Positions 37,801-40,398 of a stretch of 40,398 bases of DNA are shown here, piece after piece. Positions within the stretch are counted from its first letter, which is position 1. Each line of letters starts with the position of its first letter. The translations under genes and the position numbers were made by a program. Source of the stretch: Bigelowiella natans CCMP2755 (lineage: Eukaryota > Protista > Cercozoa); assembly GCA_000320545.1 (NCBI GenBank), contig ADNK01000547.1, forward strand, positions 1 to 40,398, in the 5' to 3' direction. The notes below the pieces were generated by a model. The model ran no database searches, was not told where the DNA came from, and saw only the letters and a list, made by a program, of their open reading frames with translations.

Positions 37801-38404
37801 CCGTTATCTGTCGGATGGTCTTGCCGGGGTTCTTCTTCCGTAGCTCGGTAGGTGTAGGTAGCTTGTTGTCCGCTAGGTCCATAAACTCTAACGCATTAAC
37901 GCTTGACTCAGAGGTCCACTCGTCAAGCCGTATCATGTTCTGGCTGATGGTCCTGCCTGACTTCTTTGGCAACTTAGCAAAGTATATCTTGTGATTGTAG
38001 AATGATATGATCTCCCCTAATTTTTCTAGGGCATCCTGTCCGAGGAGTAGTTCCATGGATAAAGTCATGGCTACTCGGGTCTTGATTTGGGTCTCCGCGT
38101 CGCTGCCAGGTATCTGTAGCTTTAGCATTAGCTCACCGACGGTCTTCATGGAAGAGCTTCCGTCTGCTTGAGCATATTTACGTTCTTTCTTAGTCACTTG
38201 ATCCAATAGTCCTAACCTTCTTACTGTGCTTAGGCTTATGAAGGACTTCGGCATGCTGCCACTATCCCAAAGGGCAGGTAGTTTCTTGTAGTCTCCGTAG
38301 CTGTCTTTAACTTTAACCTTGGTCATAGCAACTTTGATAGTCCTGTTAGCGTCTTCGTCATTAATGTTGCATACTCCTAAGTTCTTTATGTCGTCTAGGG
38401 TCAT
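34847..38404 (-). CDS. pol: Pol polyprotein: aspartic protease, reverse transcriptase, RNase H, integrase, C-terminal Dam-like extension (frame open upstream to ~38773)
   Basis: PR ALWDSGS (DSG 38258-38266); RT FVYVDD (YVDD 37145-37156); RNase H LWTDWS...YSPTKGE...TDHKPL...ADYFSR; IN HGPAH...YYWP...CRC, then IDV/VDN/VER, then GPY/F-like KQDPFWGG...HISHLKNY. Confidence 0.95.
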   Translation of the reverse strand: MTLDDIKNLGVCNINDEDANRTIKVAMTKVKVKDSYGDYKKLPALWDSGSMPKSFISLSTVRRLGLLDQVTKKERKYAQADGSSSMKTVGELMLKLQIPGSDAETQIKTRVAMTLSMELLLGQDALEKLGEIISFYNHKIYFAKLPKKSGRTISQNMIRLDEWTSESSVNALEFMDLADNKLPTPTELRKKNPGKTIRQITELLDKTPPADDWDIDKGKKYINKILNEKYSDITKPTTKPSSKLTPVKIELKKGYEECIINDPEHRRPEADWEKIEWQINEWAKEGKIEPSNSPWNVRHVLAKKPTYPFFRLAHNFIRHNRVIKRIQTPTPRIDDVIEHVIGYKYYSSLDKNESYMQTPIHKTSRPITAFSSRHRKWHFVVFPYGLSISGDAFSSQNYRAYTHDGMASVLWVFVFVYVDDDIICTNTVVAQIFLLENIFIRFAHFGFTIRLQKCTFLATRIKWCGYYLEQGRITPNPEKVAALQQAPKPKNAKELKSFLHTAAWILRRFSPTYARTAAAFTTAYRKENSVGLSFAKVWAKAGLDAHFDNLIKLCSNTLLNAKLDTTRPATLWTDWSKLGMAAVLTQDQQIIRVWGRACTAAEAKYSPTKGEYKAMTEAQRKLRYYLLSVPSFTLMTDHKPLLGIDRKLEAPNDEYAAMRADTEEFRDKRTVVYAPGDKQLADYFSRLFEKKVPTQVTPMVNAITFEDGDFLPEPEELQHLQEHLDKYKHKHEVLSDRIYVYTNNVRRTYVPRRTRGALLFTAHGPAHVGENHITALLYHYYWPYKLKEIRTYLRGCRCSSLKAAGVATKESSKSRASKKIKARNFLDIVQIDVYKYDGYHYLTFVDVATGKCWVKKIIKVNVAKKNKGLYKQRLTNCYRTWESELQAIPDEVSINKIPKKLHVDNETSLLQLPHPNIDASPVYYAQSNSKVERLHRTLANLSRINSTTPDKIQGLVNDTFTSGGGIKDKEREEGDDNDDDTESEDEKVPYDGRVLKEGQYVRAKVNLRSRNKQDPFWGGVAKVTERKGRKQYYIYDGNRVTLRHISHLKNYDIGEKLLEDVKVNPTVWERAMPCLGPRPKFDVEYGNNKVRVNDDWRMKIVYLGYPGLRNMERVAMKIKDGKYQLLYLAVPDLPFEHWYKVLGDLDAEGWYGHEPKDEGEFWVSDKGDKVREESITWWLVKFRKR

Positions 38405-38636
38405 GGGCTTGTCTTGGTCCTGCGTTGCTGGTACTGCTGTCTTCGTCGGCGCCTGCTTAAGGTGATCTAATATTCCGTTTATCTGCTGCTGTATAGCATT
38501 GATACTGTTCTGCTTTTTGTTCTTATATTTATTGTTCTTCCCGTTGTTGCTGCCTTGCCATTTGCTGTTGTTATATCCTTGTCCTCTGCCTTTCTTTCTC
38601 TTTAACTTCTCGTAGTGTTCGTTGAGCTGCTGATCG

Positions 38637-39818
38637 TCATCTGGGTCGTCCTTCTTTCCTGTCTCTGCAGTCTTTAGCGGTGTGTTTCCCTTTACGTGAG
38701 CAGTATCCGCAACGTCGGTTACCTTCCCTGTCCTTGTACCAGTCTCGCTGCGGCTTAATAGCGTTAATGTTTCCTATGCCAGGTACCTTAGGGCTGGTAA
38801 ACTTGCGGTCCTGCTCCTGCTCGCGTAGGGATATAGCCTGCACTGCTGCCTCCATCGTGGTGTAGCCTTTCTCCGTAACGTAAGTGGATTCCTTTATCTT
38901 TAACTTGAACTCTTCAAACCTTGCCTGATCATCACCTGTGTTGTAATTAAAATCATGTAGTTCGTCGATCATATCCTGGAAGCGCGTGGCAAAGTCTCTA
39001 ACAGGTTCTCTCTCATGCTGCATCATTGCTCTGTATTTTCTAATAGCCTGGGGTAGGGAGTTAGCATCCTGTTCATTTACAAAAGCCTTCATTATCGCCT
39101 CAACGTCTCGTAGCCCACTAACTGTAGTGTGTATTTTCTCTAGCTGCCTGATCCGGGTCCTGCCTGTCTCGTAAAGGTCCATGGCTTGCTTTATTATAGC
39201 TAGCCATTTGAGCTTGTCGTTTTCGGTGGGGTTAGGGGTAAAGTCGCAGAGTATACTCCTAGCGTTCTTCCACCACCTCCTTGCCTCACCTCTTTTCCCG
39301 TTGTATTTCGTTATCATAACCGGTGCTGTTTTAACAGACATGAACTGGGTGTTCCGCTGTACCGGCTGCTGCTGCTTGACGGTGCTCTGGGTCGTCCCCC
39401 GCGAGGCGCCCAGACCCCCGTCGTTCCTAAACAAAGCTGCCCACTCTGGAGGTAAGTCTGCTTCGTAATCCATGATGTCCTGCATGATAGCTGCCCAAAC
39501 ATCATGTGTCTGATACTTGTATTCTATCGATACTTTCAGTTTGGCGTAGTTGCTCGCCCTGGGTCGCAAGGCTCGTAATGCCATTACGACCTTCTTGCTT
39601 TCGGCGGCCACGTCCTCGTCGTCCGCCTCGTAGAAGTTCTCCAGTGCCTCTGCTGCTGCATCTGCTTTCTTAATCCCGGGTGCTGGTCCCGGCGGTGCCT
39701 GTGGAGGTGTTCCTCCTCCTTCCTTAGCGTCCGTATCGCCCTTCCTTTCCTGTTTCTGCTCGTGCCCTTGCACGGCCTGCGAGCCAAAGTCCTGCTGTTC
39801 TTCTAGCTGCTGTGACAT
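38637..39818 (-). CDS. gag: Gag (capsid plus zinc knuckle), 393 aa
   Basis: First ORF after the 5' LTR. Retrotransposon gag pattern KYNG...RRWW and MMQHEREPVRDFATRF; C-terminal CCHC knuckle CGYCSRKGKHTAKDC. Confidence 0.9.
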   Translation of the reverse strand: MSQQLEEQQDFGSQAVQGHEQKQERKGDTDAKEGGGTPPQAPPGPAPGIKKADAAAEALENFYEADDEDVAAESKKVVMALRALRPRASNYAKLKVSIEYKYQTHDVWAAIMQDIMDYEADLPPEWAALFRNDGGLGASRGTTQSTVKQQQPVQRNTQFMSVKTAPVMITKYNGKRGEARRWWKNARSILCDFTPNPTENDKLKWLAIIKQAMDLYETGRTRIRQLEKIHTTVSGLRDVEAIMKAFVNEQDANSLPQAIRKYRAMMQHEREPVRDFATRFQDMIDELHDFNYNTGDDQARFEEFKLKIKESTYVTEKGYTTMEAAVQAISLREQEQDRKFTSPKVPGIGNINAIKPQRDWYKDREGNRRCGYCSRKGKHTAKDCRDRKEGRPR

Positions 39819-39834
39819 TGTTAGTCAAATCGTT

Positions 39835-39852
39835 TCCCGTGTGTGGAAGCCA
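39835..39852 (-). promoter_or_regulatory. Putative primer-binding site
   Basis: Minus strand TGGCTTCCACACACGGGA starts 5 nt inside the 5' LTR edge. It is complementary to a tRNA-like 3' end (...TCCCGTGTGTGGAAGCCA) reminiscent of eukaryotic tRNA-Glu; the tRNA identity is unverified. Confidence 0.6.
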
Positions 39853-39857
39853 AAGGT

Positions 39858-40183
39858 TGTTGCGCGTAAGGTGTTCACAGGCCGAGGCGCTACGTGCACA
39901 AGTAGGCAGGGGGGGGGAAAGGCACGTTTGCTTCCTTTTGAAGAGTTGTGTTTATTTTTATTAAAGATTATATTTTTATTAAATCGTGCACTGCGTAATC
40001 ATTCGCGAAGCTTTCGCGAATGCCGCCGCACGTGGGGCAGCACACTTCCGGTGTGCTGCCATGAGTCCCGCCGGAACCCACGTGCCTATGCTGTATTAAT
40101 ATCTACGTTATCTATATTCTATATCCGCGACAACCCCTTTGTTGTCGCACGTGACTTGTGCCCGCGTAGTGGTACGCGCTACA
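39858..40183 (-). repeat. 5' LTR
   Basis: 326-bp direct repeat of 34470-34795; no differences seen by eye, and the overlapping ORF translations are identical. Confidence 0.97.
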
Positions 40184-40398
40184 GGGAGAAGTTCGAAAGC
40201 ACAGGTGCTCATCCTGCGCTTGCGTTCGGGTCCAACCTTTGAACGAAAAGTGTTTCAGTGTGTGCAAGTCAAGCGCAGCGCACATCTGAACAAATGAACA
40301 AGACCCATTGGCTCCACACCCGCTCTGAGCACATGGCTGCGACGCACGTGTGCAGCAACACCTCAAATCTAGCTAGCCACGCCAGCCACGCTAGCCAG
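40184..40398. other. TpA-depleted island, right flank of the retrotransposon (continuation of 34030-34469 before insertion)
   Basis: 3 TA in 215 nt, all CTAG; CpG abundant. Confidence 0.7.

Larger units (their letters stand above)
34470..40183 (-). mobile_element. Full-length Ty3/gypsy LTR retrotransposon, very recent insertion
   Basis: Two 326-bp TG...CA LTRs that read identical; 4-bp TSD GGGA (34466-34469 and 40184-40187); PBS and PPT; gag plus pol with domain order PR-RT-RH-IN. Confidence 0.97.

Noticed and set aside
35394-39787. Antisense and alternative-frame ORFs within gag and pol
   Set aside because: Shadow ORFs of the long coding frames with no independent evidence.
1-40398. CRISPR arrays, rRNA or tRNA genes, telomeric repeats
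   Set aside because: None seen; repeats are simple SSRs without spacers, and the only tRNA-like string is the PBS.

Overview
Eukaryotic (protist-like) nuclear DNA: intron-dense genes whose introns are filled with microsatellites, so most entries in the ORF track are spurious. From left to right: (1) a minus-strand multi-exon gene (about 368-8507) that appears to join an N-terminal WW domain, long RS/RD-rich tracts and a C-terminal Eyes-absent (EYA)-like HAD domain with broken catalytic motifs; (2) a tentative plus-strand ER protein (signal peptide, C-terminal KSEL); (3) a ~17 kb importin-beta gene, best resembling importin-11; (4) an intronless PHO84/PHT1-family phosphate transporter; (5) a complete, very young Ty3/gypsy LTR retrotransposon (34470-40183, minus strand) with apparently identical 326-bp LTRs and a GGGA target-site duplication. 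Two signals stand out. The Pol C-terminus, after integrase, resembles the DIRS1/phage Dam-type N6-adenine methyltransferase domain with altered catalytic motifs. Separately, several intergenic islands, including both flanks of the retrotransposon, are almost free of TpA; the survivors are all in YTAR context and CpG is retained, which suggests a region-restricted A:T to G:C hypermutation, the reverse of fungal RIP. All exon structures and alignments were done by eye and need computational confirmation.
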